This document shows positions 26,100 through 38,973 of a DNA stretch of 64,000 nucleotides, piece after piece. Each line of letters starts with the position of its first letter. Positions within the stretch are counted from its first letter, which is position 1. Location: contig JAMWBK010000001.1 in the NCBI GenBank assembly GCA_029953675.1, forward strand, positions 1,736,001 through 1,800,000. The letters run 5' to 3'. The DNA comes from Rhodosorus marinus CCMP1338. Lineage: Eukaryota > Plantae > Rhodophyta. The notes under the pieces are model-generated. The model was not told where the DNA came from. It was given only the letters and a program-made list of their open reading frames with translations, and did not search any database. The translations under genes and the position numbers were made by a program.

Positions 26100-26960
26100 A
26101 TTATTTTAGGATTTCGATGTGCTGGGGTGGGTGGACTTTGAGCTTTTGATGATTGTGATCGCCGACAAGGTTTGGTCCGTCGAGATGAACTGATCCAGAA
26201 CGGTTCTGAGGGAGCGGCTTACTTTTCGTCGGGCCGTTGAAGCCGTGCTATGCACCCTTGGTTCACGGTATCCTGGGAACAGGATTCTATTGGGAATATA
26301 GTGCATTGAAACGGACCAGGTTGTCCAACAGAGCTCCTGATGTTTCGGCGAAAGAGCGGCACTCAGCGGTCATAAAAAGAAGCTTGTCCCATCTCTAATC
26401 TCGAGCTGGAAGTGAATGACGCCAGCAACTGGTGCCTGACAATATAGAACTGTCCCAAGCACGCGGTTGATGAGCATTCAGCCTTCGATTACGGTGCTCA
26501 AAGGTTGTCCCATCCCGCGCGGAGGTGCTCACAGAATTTCAGCACAGCCTTCGCACAAGCTGTGTACCCAGTGCGACCAAATTTAGTCGCTGTATCCCGA
26601 AAAACCAAAGAGCTATGCGGATGGTCATAGGACTCTCATCAGCTACCGTTCATTCCCAGCACGGGACATAGTGTTAACCGGGACAAACGTTAACCGGGAC
26701 GCTACACGACTTTGGCGGTCAGCCAAAGTTCGTCGCAAAAGCCGCAGTCTTTAGTTTAGGAGCTAAGGCTACAAAGCCCGTCCCTTCTATCCCAGCAAAT
26801 GAAGCAGGCGATATCGCGGTGACTAGGGTCCGACAATTTTGTCGACGTCTTCAGGCTTCTCCAATGGACAGCTGAAGGTTTTTTATTGCATGACGGTAGG
26901 TGTGCGTTGGGTGGGTTTGGGGAGGTGCCTGTAATCCAGGAAGGCCTTACCTCGGGGGGC
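26100..26960 (-). mobile_element. Decayed Ty3/gypsy retrotransposon fragment (gag knuckle to start of RT)
   Basis: Broken frames give CFICWDRRDGLC (degenerate zinc knuckle), HFQLEIRDG..LSPKHQEL and KSKPLPQNR, resembling the gypsy RT N-terminus. Many stops. Confidence 0.45.
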
Positions 26961-27211
26961 AAAGCTAGGAAGATTCTTCTGCGTTGACTTCAGCCTGCCA
27001 GTGAAAGAGGCGGCGAAGGATGAGCTTCGAGGATGCATAACGAGTTGTACATTTCTGTGGAGAGGGCATGATTACTTTCGGACGACTTTGACTTATCCGG
27101 TCAGTGACGGGCAGGACGAGTTATCTTTAGTCTTTGTGACGGTCATCGGAGAAGGGAAAAGCTTGTGGCTTGCATACATTACTTCTTTGAAAAATCCTGG
27201 AATTCTAAGCA

Positions 27212-29232
27212 ATGCAGCCGAGGGAGTTCTTAACTACTCAGGAAGAAGTTGACCTGAAGGTTGATGGAGAGAAAATATGTAGCCAGATCTATAGGTCCGA
27301 GTATAGGGATCACATGGAGGGAACACCGCTAGGTGACTTCTTGGCGGACTTTGTGGAGCTGCAGAACGACCCGACAGCGGCCTATCGCGCTTTTCATGTG
27401 TTGGCATGCCTTGGCTCAGTTCATGGGCGTTTCCGTCAGCGGTTCTTGCAGACCGTTTCAGGGGCAGACCTTGTGATGATGGTTGTGAAGCATGTTGAGG
27501 ACAAGCTCGTTCAGAGAAAGGCGATGTACTTCATTTCTGTCCTGGCCATGGAAGAGGATAATCGAATATTACTCATTGAAGCCAATATTGTCCAAGCGCT
27601 AGGTGAAGTAGTGACGAAACTGTATGATTCTGATGACGTCCTCCAACGAGCAGGCATAGCCTTCTCGAACCTCAGCATCGTCCCTTTCGAGAAGAAGGTT
27701 GCGATTGGTCAGGAGGGAGGAATTCGGATCATCAAGGAGGTGATTTCCAGGCCGGACATTAACGTCGCAACACTTATGGCATGTCTAGTGACTCTAAGAA
27801 ACGTCACCGTCGCATGCCATGAGAACATGCTGATTTGCAGGGACGAGAATATGCCTGAAATAGTCTTCAATATCATGATAAGCCGTAAGCACAATCTTGG
27901 TGTGCAGGGACAGGCTGTGGTTGTCATGACCTACTTAACAAAGCAAGACGATGAGCTTCGGGAAAGAATCGGAAAGTCACCGGAGAAATTGGAGGCGTTT
28001 GTGAACCTGATAAAAGCTTCGGGTAGGTCCCAAAGTGTCGCGGAGCATACGCTGGAACTGCTGAAGGTTCTTCTTGACAAGAACGATAGTGCGACTGAAA
28101 TTGTACGCAAGAACAACCTTATTGAGATTATTCAGGAAAGATTTGACGGTAAGTCTTATAGCAAGTATCAGTGCATCTTACCTTCGTCTTATCATGGATG
28201 ATGATGATCCTCGTGAGGCTTCCCGAGGAGTGGTTTGACACTTACAAGCATCTCTATTTCTTTTCCGCTTTTTCTACTTTAGCCTTCAGCTCATCCGCAA
28301 AGTTCGTCGAGAATGCCTGCGCCGTGTTGCGCGCGCTCGGGTTTCTAAATGAGCCTCGGGACATGATGCGAGAGCTGGGAATTTTTGAGAGACTGATTTC
28401 GAGCCTAAGGCACTACGACTCAAACGTGAATGTTGTAGAGCAATGTCTGTGTGCAATATCGAACGCATGCGTGGACAATCCTAAGAATCAGGAGAGCCTT
28501 GGGATGCGGGGTGCAGTAGAGGCCACAATTCATGTGATGGAAATGCACAGAGAGAATCCATTGCTGCAGGATTACGGATGCAGAGCGCTCAGAAATCTCG
28601 CCGACAATTGCGAGTTCAACGTGCGGATTGAGGGAGAGAACGGTGGAATCAATGCGGCCACGTTTGCGATATTGGGTTTCCCCAGGAACGCTGTACTCAC
28701 GGAACAGGCTTGTGCTGTACTGAGCAACATGGCCCAATCCGAGCAAAATGCGATACGAATGTTACAGCAGGATGTGCAGGACATAGTGACCCAGGCATTG
28801 CAGGTGAGATAATCCACTTTTCTATTCGCGCAATGAAATTGGTATCAGCCGTTGCCGGTGGAGGCTCTACCTCACCAAATGTTGCATGCCGCAAATAATA
28901 GACTAACCAAAAAAAAAATCCTCATCATCTTCTGTGTTTTTCAGTCAATTGACAGCGAGGATGCGCAGAAACAGGCAACCAGGGTTCTGTTGGCGTTGAA
29001 AACGCACGTGGATAGAGCGGAGTTGGCCTCTCAGGGACGGGATTCTGCTGCAGGGAAGAACATGGGACACGTTCCGTCTGGTATATATCGGTTCCGATCT
29101 GGGCAGGCGGTTGTTAGCCGTAGGACTGTGAACCGACGGATGGGTAGGATGAGATTGAAAAGTATGCAGCGCCAGGAGGTGAAGTCGAATGACACTGTCG
29201 ACCCGGGGGGAGCGGGGCAGAGCCTCACCTGA
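27212..29232 (+). CDS. Armadillo-repeat protein, 3 exons
   Basis: Repeated ARM units (AGIAFSNL, CLVTLRNV, CLCAISNAC, GCRALRNLA, ACAVLSNMA; GGI..I motifs). Introns 28149-28282 and 28804-28943 keep frame. Confidence 0.85.
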
Positions 29233-30246
29233 TCCGGAGCTTGGGCACTAATCTCGTCCGCCGAATAGTGGGCTGACACTCTTCCCGGAATCCTGGACGA
29301 AGGTGAACCATGCTACCAGAGCAGGACACCGTCGCGTGCATAGAAACACGGATGGATGAGAAAGCTGAAGAGCGAAAGACCTGAAGCGCACCCAAGAGCG
29401 ACTTTCTTCGGTGTTCGGCGCGTGGGGATGCCCAAGGCTGTCCGTGTATATACGCGTGTGCTTCGTCAGCAAGCCCCGGCCGCTCACTGTCCTTGAATCC
29501 TAATTGTGCATATAAAATATCTAAGCACTAACTCCGCCCTGTGACGGTTGCTCCACACTCGACTGACAGGGCAGATTGGCCAAACGACTCAGTGGTCGAT
29601 ACCAAAGCACACCGTAGAATCGAGGATTTACTTGAATCATACAGTGCAGCCCTAGTTCGCAGTTCGCACATGTGCGAACGAACGCCCTCAGCTTGCGTTC
29701 GAAGACCCTGGACGGGCCAGGAACGCGAATCACCCGAGCTTTTAGGCATATCTACAAACCCAACTCCTCCCCAAATTTGAGTTGTACGGACAATCTATAA
29801 CAGTTCAGAGACGGTCGACATTGGCGATAAGCGTTTCTCAATACGCAAGGCAATACAGCCACCGCGAGTTTCCGAAACCGACCTCGCAAGTTGTAAACCC
29901 TGCTCACCAGATGAATTCGAGGGCTGTTACAATCAAGGCGGAGTTAAAAATCCCAGTCGGCGTCCTCCCTGAAAATTTTCATCGCCACCCACTGAGTAGG
30001 CTCTTCGTGGTTGTTCATCGCCAAGCTTCAAGCACAGGACTTGGGTGAAGCGTGGACTGAGGATTGATGATCTCGGTTCTTTTTGTATTGGGATGGAGGG
30101 AGCTGATGGTATGTTAAGATTGAGATCTAGTAATGCTGGTTTGTTAAGGCTTTGTGAAGGTGGCGACCCGATCTCGGGGTTTGCTTTGGTTTGTCGGTCG
30201 CGTTCACTTTATTTTTTGGCTGGTTCTTTGTATTTTGTGAATCACG

Positions 30247-31133
30247 ATGGCGCCTAGCTCAGCGCCGAGGACCACGTTGAAAAGGGTGCTGCAGATGTAT
30301 ACGAGGAAAATTTGGCGAGCACCTGAGTACCTTAATGGGATTAAGCCTCAGCGAAAGTGGAGGGTGCCACCGGTAGTCGATTACGGGGGGAAGAAGGACT
30401 CGGAGAAGATTGGGACCAGCGTGTTTTTCTATCCAGCATCCAATGTGTCGAAGAGACGATGTGTGGTGAAAGGGAGATTGGGTACCATCGAGCAGCATTT
30501 ACCATGGACTGCACTTGACATTGTCAGGACTCCAGGCTCGACGGAGTAAGTTCCAATGAACCACGCCTCCGATCCACAGATTCTGTTTGCGAATCTAGGT
30601 GTATTGATATACGCTTCTCTGTTCAACAGAAATACAGAGTTTCGGTATTTTGCGGATAACGGCACGGCCAGTCTCGTCAAGAACGCATTCATCGGCGTTC
30701 AAGACGGCTGTTCTGTGGTCCTCGAACTTGTTGGAGTTGGATACAGGGCTGAAGAAATAGATGATATGATACATCTTCGCATAGGCTTCAATAGACCTAT
30801 CGAACTCCCAAAAGAGAAGGACGGGATACTGTACACGGTTTTACAGCCAACGCGTCTTCAGGTCGCAGGAGTTGATAAGGCCAAAGTACATTTGGTAAGC
30901 AGATTACAACAAAGCCGAACAGACGCGTACTGAACACGCACGCACCTCTCTCGGAAATCGAGAAGATCCCGAAGGACTGTCGTCTGTTCTAATCCTGAAA
31001 CTCCTTTTTTCACCGATGGCATCAGGCTGCAGCCACGGTTCGAGGTTATCGCAAACCAGATCCATACAAAGGCAAGGGTATAAGGTACCTGGGCGAGGAA
31101 CTTAGGCTGATTCCTGGCAAGAAGAATCAGTAA
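30247..31133 (+). CDS. RPL6: Mitochondrial ribosomal protein uL6m, 3 exons
   Basis: [16 protein letters not shown] and a final exon [16 protein letters not shown] (uL6 signature). Long basic N-terminal extension. Confidence 0.9.
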
Positions 31134-31639
31134 ACCGTCGATGAGAGTTTGCAATTGGTTTGAGTGTATTGCTCTCAAAGTGGAACGCACTCCGAAGGGG
31201 AGACTCTTCATGGATTAGTCGGAAGAAACATCCACACAGGGGCCCTAGTTGTGCGGTGCGTGGATATTGCCGAATCGATCGTGCACATCTAATCTAGAGC
31301 AATTTGTGACTCGGCCGGGTGTTACCGATGAATTTCGCGGCGGTTCGGTCCGCTAGGATCCAGGCCCTCATGTTCGTCGTACGCGTAGTCTTTTTTAGAA
31401 CTAGACGTGCTTACCACGCTTCGGAGATTATCTGCCAGGTCCAGTCATGCGCCAACTTCTGCTTGGATCCTTTCCGAGGAAACGAGTTCTTCTAACTTTT
31501 TGGGGGGGGCTGCATTTAAGATCCCGGATAGACACGCACGTGTTCGCGCGTCTCAAGCAGAGTGCTTGAATTCGAAGTTGCGCCCGTTGAAGTAATCGAC
31601 CCGCTCTGGCCGAGGGTGTATAAAGCCATCAACGCTTCC

Positions 31640-32223
31640 TACGATGACAGAACAAAGTTATTAACCTGGCGGAGGTTTGCTGTCCGGTAGGATGAATCGT
31701 TTCCAGTCTCGATTGTCTCGGTTTCAAGTCTAGCGTTCAGCCATTGAGCATCAGCAGACACCTCCCGCCCACCTGCGAAGCTATTCTCTGACAAGCACGA
31801 ACGTACCGCTTAGCCTCCTCATCCGGATAAGGCCAACTACAATCCCTCTCCATCACTCTACCAAAGAACAACGTTGAAGCACGTCCACAAAGCAAATTCA
31901 GCGCCGACTTATACTAGTATTGTCTGGCAGTTACCGTTTCCGAGAGGGTTGACAACACTCTGTTGCGATTTACCATCGAGCTGAAGGGCGGTCCACAAAC
32001 CATATCCAGCAAGCTCCAGCAGTCATCAAACCACTCTCGATGATGCTGCACAGAGCTCACCCCACCGCGACAACCGCCGGCCAGCCCGGTTTGTCGGAAA
32101 CCAAGACATCAGGCGAGGAGTCCTAGGAGATTGAAAAGAGCGTCTCACACACGAGAGTGTGTGGCACACTATTGCCTCTAAGCAAACAAGGGCAACTAAA
32201 ATGGCTACTGGCCCTCTTATCAT
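31640..32223 (-). CDS. Possible small spliced gene with signal-peptide-like N-terminus; unknown function
   Basis: MIRGPVAILVALVCLEAIVC start and several GT..AG pairs downstream. The exon chain was not securely rebuilt. Confidence 0.3.
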
Positions 32224-32828
32224 ACGAAGTGCAACCCAGGAGTTGCCCTACAAACAGGGCGTGCGTGGTTTTAACTCTGCAGCTCGACTCATACCAAATG
32301 AAACGAACTGGATATGTAATTCGTACACTTACTAAGACACCGAAAGCAGTTTTGTCGAAAAGTTTTCACTTCTTTTACCGGAGCTTGTACGAATTCTGTT
32401 CTAAAGAGATTTGAGTCGTCGTAAGTTTCTCTTCTCAGGCAGCAAAGGATGGGGGGGGTGGTGGGGTGGGGGGGGTGGGGTCGTAGCTTTGCGTCCAGTG
32501 GAAGGCGGGCGGAGGTTTCATAGAGAACGATGGTCGCTGAGTAAGGACGGAGGGAGGTTGACTGTGTTTTGGTCAGATTTGATTTATGCCACAAGCTATG
32601 GAATGCGGATAGAAATGGAGAATTGAGGATTGAGGATTGGAGAGGAAGGCATTTTCTCGGGCGTGGGAAGTTTGCGGTGGGGGCGAAGGAAGGTTTGGTG
32701 AGGTTTAGGTAGTTTGAGAGCTTTGTTTCTCTTTTCGGTGGGCCTTTTTTAGGTGTTTTCTGGTTCGCGGTTGCGTTTTTGGGAAGTGGGTAGGGGGGTC
32801 GTTGGTGGAAGGGGCAGGATCTTAAAAG

Positions 32829-34624
32829 ATGTCGCATTTTGAGCACACATGGCCGTCAATTCACCTTCTTTCGTGGATGGATATTGAAAGTAGAGGGTCG
32901 AAGAAAAGCATCAAGCGGAGGCTGGTTGAACTGAGAGGAAAGCACTTTACGATACGAGATGATGAAGTGGGTTGAGCTGGACTAGAGCCTTCAAGAGAGC
33001 TACTTGGTAGAGTCGTTTGCTGAAGTCATGTCCTTTCCTTCCTTCGTAGCGTTCCGTACCAAGGCAGGAGGTCTATTTGAACGAAGGGGGTGTCGCCAAA
33101 GGAGAGAGGGAGCTGGAAATTGTTTTAACTGTAAAATCCAAAAATGTGTCCATGTTTCCAGCTGACGAAGTAGTCCGAGAAAGGTGGATAGAGGGTTTGT
33201 TCTTCGCGTTCGCGGTAAGCGATTACCTCCTATCGGATTTTCGAAGCATACGGGATAATCCCGTCTGAACTGGAAAACGCAACGTTCGTCTCTTGAAGAA
33301 ACTTGAGCACTTCTACGAAATAGGACCGGAGATTGGTCGTGGAGCATTCAGTAAAGTCTTCAGAGCAAGACACAAGAAGACAAACAGATTATGTGCAGTC
33401 AAGGTCGTAGACGGATCAGAAGGGGAGAACATGCAGCTAACGGCTCGAGAAACGAACATTCTTTTAACTTGTGTCCATAGAAACATAATTCAGACGTATG
33501 ATAAGTGACTTAAGCTATAAGGAGGGGCGTCTTTTCAGCTCCAGACGATGCTGACATTGTCCCACATAATTTCCAACGATTCCCATGATAGGTACGATAT
33601 TTTTGATGGAAAGAGAAAGGTGTCGTTCGTCATGGAGTATTTGAGCGGTGGAGAACTGTACGACATTATTGCAGAGTCCAAGTACTTTTCAGAAGAGGTA
33701 TGGAGATCACTTGACCAGTCCATAGTTCTTGTTGGGGTTTCGGGGGAGGATAGTTTTTGACGGTCAGAGTGGATTTCTAGAGTCAGGCAAAGTCCTGAGG
33801 AGTACTTGGAGGCACAAGGAACGGTTGGCAAAATATTTGCACCCCTAAAACCCCCTCTTTCTTCGTTTGAATTCTCAACAGAACGCGCGGGATGCGGTTG
33901 GGGATATACTGGGCGGGGTCGCATATTTGCATTCGCAAGGTATCGCTCATCGAGATCTTAAACCCGAAAACTTGTTATGTGTCAACAAGGACTTTCCACT
34001 TCACGTAAAAGTGACCGATTTCGGGTTATCCAACTTCCTCGAGAGCGAGAAGGAAGGACCTATGCTACGCACCGTTTGTGGGAGCATGAATTACATAGCC
34101 CCGGAAATGCTTTGCGCCGATGGCTATGGTCCCGAGGTTAGTGCACTGACCGTTCCACCCGCAAACCCCCGAAGCTCTCATCTGAAGAGATTGCATGCAC
34201 CGATTTTCAGGTCGACCTCTGGGCCTGCGGAGTTATTCTTCATGTTATGCTGAGCGGCAAGTTGCCGTTTACCTTTGCGAACGATACGTACCAGTTTCTC
34301 ACTTCTCTCAAATCGGGTGTAGCGTTTGATGATGCAGTGTGGACGACAACCTCGTATGAAGGCCGAGACCTGGTCGCCGGCCTACTTGAAAAAAATCCGC
34401 GAAAACGACTGACGGCGAAGCAGGCTCTGCACCATTCATGGTTCCTGAAGACAACAGAGCTGTCGAAGAAGTCCTTGCGCGATTTGAACAAGATCAGACT
34501 ACTCAAAAGCGTTCGGGGTTCACCAACTGCGACGAGCACTGGTAGTCGAAAAGTGAACCTCCCCAAGAGATTGAACACTATGGCTATAGTTGAGTCCAAA
34601 CCCAAGGGCACGGATTTTGTATAG
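32829..34624 (+). CDS. Ser/Thr protein kinase (CAMK group) with N-terminal PH-like domain, multi-exon
   Basis: IGRGAFSKV, AVK, EYLSGGELYD, AHRDLKPENLL, DFG, YIAPE and DLWACG. Upstream exons KKSIKRRLVELRG and ERWIEGL resemble a PH domain. Confidence 0.88.
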
Positions 34625-35156
34625 AGGAAGGGCACCTGACTATTTAAACAGTTTCCAGCTAAGGAAATCAAAAGATGTGCATACCGCTGCTGGATAAGCC
34701 TCACATACATAGTGTGGGGGGGAAGACCCCACAAGATATCCATGCCATGGCTCAATCCGTTGTTGGAGATCAAAACATCCTTTGCATCGCTCCCCAATGA
34801 TCTCCGCTCTCCCTAAAACTTGCGGACGTACAGCTGTAGCTGTGCGAACAGCCAAGAGTCCACATCCTTGCACGCGTAGTAGGACCATCTCCACGTCCAA
34901 TTGCCACCTGGTTCAAAGAGCTCTTGCCCACAAATCACAAAGCACGAGGTTGAAAACAATTTTTGAACCCCATACCTAACCTCATCATGACCAACATACA
35001 CCATGAGCATTACCCTCTTTCCTCATCTAGCCGCAGGAACCCAACGCGCAAACGGACTTAAAACCCCGCCCCTCAAGCACAGGGAGAACGAGTAAACTCA
35101 CTGTTTTTGTTTGTCCATGGTGCTGATACGGTTAGTCGACTCATAACCCCAAGTAG

Positions 35157-36538
35157 CCGGCTGGATCGGAGAACGAGCTATTGGCAGGTCAATGTCTCAG
35201 AGTCGCTATGGCGTCGTAAAAGCGGTCAGTGGCCGACTTTCCTCTGAGACCATAACCTGCCCCAGATCCCTTCCTCCGATCTGGCCGACGACAGTACTCG
35301 TGCATCCCTAACCGTGATCCTTAGGGCAAACGAATAACACCACACATGAACTGTGCAGATTTCGATGGATCCTGTTTCAATCCGAAAGGCAGGCAAAACG
35401 ACCCACTTGCAGAGCCCCCATGGCCTGGTATAAGCTGTCAGTGGCCCACACTTGCATCGGTGACCATTCACTGTTCACCCAAGAGACTGGATCCTACCGC
35501 CCACAGCTCCCCCATCGCCTTCATTGTGGATACAAAAGTTCTTAGGGTTATCTCCCACCTACAAAGCAACGTCCGATTAGCGTCCGATAAACGTTTATCG
35601 GACTACCGCTATTGGAGGTACTAAAAGGCACATGGTGAGGACTCTCGTCCGATATACGCTTATAAGAGCTGAACAGAAAAGAAATTTTTATATTTCCCCT
35701 CCGTAAATGGTCCGATATTCCGTCCGATATTCTAAAGTCCGGTCCGAATGCGTACTCTTGTTGCACCAGTCAAACATGGATGAGTACCCCTACACTTTTG
35801 CTGGCCTACAACAACTTTACTTCGGCCATCATACGGGATATTCACCGTATTTTCTGTTTACCGGAGGGCATCCGCGTTTGAACTTAAGACGTCTCAACCC
35901 CGACCCCAGCGATTAACAATCTTGCCGCCGCGGTGACTGCTTTCGTTCAAGGACAACAACGAATTATTGACGATGCACGCAAGTCTATGGCCTTTTCGCA
36001 GGAGTTATATGCTGAGCATGCGAATTCTCGTCGCATCGCCAAGGTGACAACATTGGCGACAAAGTCTGTTTGTCGACCCGGAAGCTCACCCTTGACGGCC
36101 ATACGCCCTTTAAACCTTGCTGGTTGGGCCCCTTCCAATAAGTGGGAAGCATTCTGATGTGGCCTATAGCTTACAGTTGCCTGATGAGATGAGGATACAT
36201 CCGACATTTCATGTCTCCTTATTGAAGAGCGCGCCGACTACTACAGCTCATCCTGTGATCCAGCGTATACCTCTCCGATCAAACCTAGACCCGAAGCGCA
36301 ACCTGTTCTATCGGTTTTGAACGTCCGTACTACCAACGGCATCCGCCAGTTTCTGTGCCGCCGCGAAAATGAAGCCTGGACTGATGCGATTTGGGTATCT
36401 GAACCCGACTACCCTACGGATACCGTGTCTCGAAGACGCCTCAAACACTATCCTCAAACAATACCTCAACTATCGAAAGATGCTCGACGCTCTTCCTCCA
36501 ACCCTCTTGAGTTTGCGCCCAAACTCTGCGGGAGGACG
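35157..36538 (+). mobile_element. Decayed Ty3/gypsy (chromovirus-like) pol relic: RT fragment, integrase C-terminus, degenerate chromodomain
   Basis: RLDRRTSYWQVNV (RT). DEYPYTF..TGYSPYFLFTGGHP (integrase). VGPLPI..AYSLQLPDEMRIHPTFHVSLLK (GPY/F region). QFLCRRENEAWTDAIWVSE (chromodomain-like). Frameshifts and stops throughout. Confidence 0.85.
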
Positions 36539-36832
36539 TGAGAAATCCCCCCTGAGAGGTTGTGCCCTGTCCATTTTTAGTGTCAGGTACTTTCTACCTT
36601 TAGCGTTCGTGTTCCTATTTTTAGCCTCCAACAGTTACTTTAGGGGTTACTTTAGCGTCAGGTGGGTCGTAGTTTACAGTAACCAAGACTATATAAGACC
36701 TAACTCTGCTAGATCTTGGGACCGAGGTTCGAGTAAAGACAAGTTGGTTCGGAAGTTCCTAACACGTGAGAGGAACTCCCCGGACAGACTGCATTTTCAC
36801 TCCCTATTTTTAGACGAAGAGTTCTAACAACA
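36539..36832 (+). mobile_element. Probable 3' LTR of the gypsy relic
   Basis: Starts TG right after purine-rich GCGGGAGGAC, contains TATATAA, and ends ...CTAACAACA. No partner LTR was found in the window. Confidence 0.5.
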
Positions 36833-38334
36833 TGATCATAATGCATTCCATGATAGTGAGCAGCTTCTCGTGTCAAGAAATAATCCTAATTCATAGTATG
36901 AGAGAGAGCCTCGAATAGCAAGAAGCAACAATGGTTGCTTCTTGCATTGTTCAATGGCTGGGCTCTGGAGATGATTGATTTTTGGGCCAACGTTGATTGA
37001 ATATCGGACGGGCCATCGGACCCGGTGTTTTTAAGGCCTTTCAATCGGAGGACACCCAGTACTTTTCTACTGCATTTCAATATTATATCCACGCGAGAAA
37101 ATTTATCAGACGGTCTATGACAACAACAATCGAGTTGAAAGTTAATCAATAGCAAAACCCCCCAAACAGCCCCCCCCAAAGAAAAGTTCAATCAATAAAT
37201 CAATCATTATATATCTCCAATCAATTTTCACGAAGGGGGTTTGGTCTTGTTGGTTTCTTTCTTCTGTTTTCGGAAGAATTCGGAGATCTCCCCTTCAAAA
37301 AAACGTTTGCTCCCCCGAGCGAAGCTCTAAGAATAACCCAAAAAACAACAACCACACAGATTCTTGGAGATAATAGGACCATCCGACCAATCAAATTACC
37401 TATGTACCAATAGATGAATATTATAAGATTTATGTCATTCTAAGAATCCATTCGATGGATTGCGGGGGGTGTTTTCTGGTCAACGAGGTAAAAAGGGGAA
37501 CATTTCGATAAGTTCATGTTTTTCGTTTAGTTTTGAAAGCAAAATTCCTCGGGATCGAGTTTTGCTTTTAGGGGAAAGTGGTGGGAAGTTGGGGGGAAGG
37601 GGCGGGGGGAGGAGTCGGGGCCTAAGACCCTGAGAGGGGAGGAGGGGCTCTGGGAGATTTGCGGAAAAAAACAAAAACAAATGGAGGCTAATATAAAATG
37701 CAAATCGGAAGATTAGATTTTATTTTTCTTTTAGAGTGACCTGGAGGTTGTCGTTGATTATTTTTCTATTATTTATGTTTCATATGATCGCTTAAAGTAT
37801 GATTAGAAAAATCCAACCCCCCCCCCCCCCTTACTAATAATATTTTGCGACCCTTGAAATATGCTAAACTGTACGTAGGGAGAATTCATTTTGAGGCGGT
37901 TTTCTGCTGCGGGTAAAACTAGCTAATGATATTTTTGAAAACAATATATTGGGGTTTAGAAGGGGGGTAATATGTAGGGTTGTCGAGATAGGTAGTACGG
38001 GAGGGGGGGATAATCAGTTTTGCAGATGTGGTCATGGCCGTCGAAGAAAGGGGTTAGGGGCCGGAGAAGGTCTCTTTGCTTGAAGTTGGGGGGGAAGGGG
38101 GAGGCTTATTGGAGACGCTCCAGGTTGTACCTGCAAACTCGATTCGTATATTTGGGGTTTGGTGAGGAAGAGGACGGAGAATCGGGAAATCATAGTAATT
38201 GTGTAGGATTTGTATTGTCGGGTGAGGGCGAGGAGGTTGGGTCTGTTAGTTGGTAAGGAACGCGATTGGAGAGAGGTAGGAGGTGCGGTTAGTAAGTGGT
38301 TTTTTTCGGTCTGCCTTTTTGGGTTGTGAAAGGA

Positions 38335-38973
38335 ATGGCGTCGTTGGCAATTACTGGTGCGGCTGGAGCTTTCGCTGCGGCTGCCGTAGCTCTCAAGGGT
38401 GCGGTTGAGGTTAGGACTCATTTCAAGTGGGATAACAACGTACTCGCGCGACAGGGAGAGGGAATGCTCGCCAAACCCTCGGATGCGAGCCGTCTTCAGC
38501 AGCAGAGAGCGGGAGGTATCAAGGGTGTCGGTGCTGACGAAGATAAGGTAAGGTTTTGTGTGGGCTCTGGCACGTGAAGTCTGAGCTGGTCACGCTAGTA
38601 TGCGGCAGGGGAGCTGCGTTTGGGCGCGTGGTTGTTGACCGGATTGTTGTTTCGCGTAGGAACCAAGCTTCATGGACAAGGTACCGAAGAGAGAGGTGCT
38701 GGGAGATTTCCGCTCCGACTACAAAACCTCACAGGGCACCTCATTCACGAACAACACGTCTTCACTTGGTAAGTAGTGGAGGGATGTTCCAGTTGTAAAA
38801 CTCCGTGAATGTTGGGAATGAGTCTAATCGTGGTTTATTCCCTGTTTCTTCCCCCTCCGGTAGATGATATTCTCGCCGCCGTCCCGAAGAAGGCAAACGG
38901 TACTTCCGAGTATCAGAAGATCGCCCGGCCGAAGCCAAAGCCTACCTCAATCAGCAACCAGTTTGGCGGATAA
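38335..38973 (+). CDS. Small hypothetical protein (about 140 aa), 3 exons, N-terminal Ala-rich hydrophobic segment
   Basis: Canonical introns 38548-38659 and 38769-38863 join an open frame from MASLAITGAAGAFAAAAVAL to TAA at 38971-38973. No family recognised. Confidence 0.75.

Noticed and set aside
29300-30200. Possible minus-strand gene between ARM and RPL6
   Set aside because: Only a fragmentary exon; it cannot be supported.
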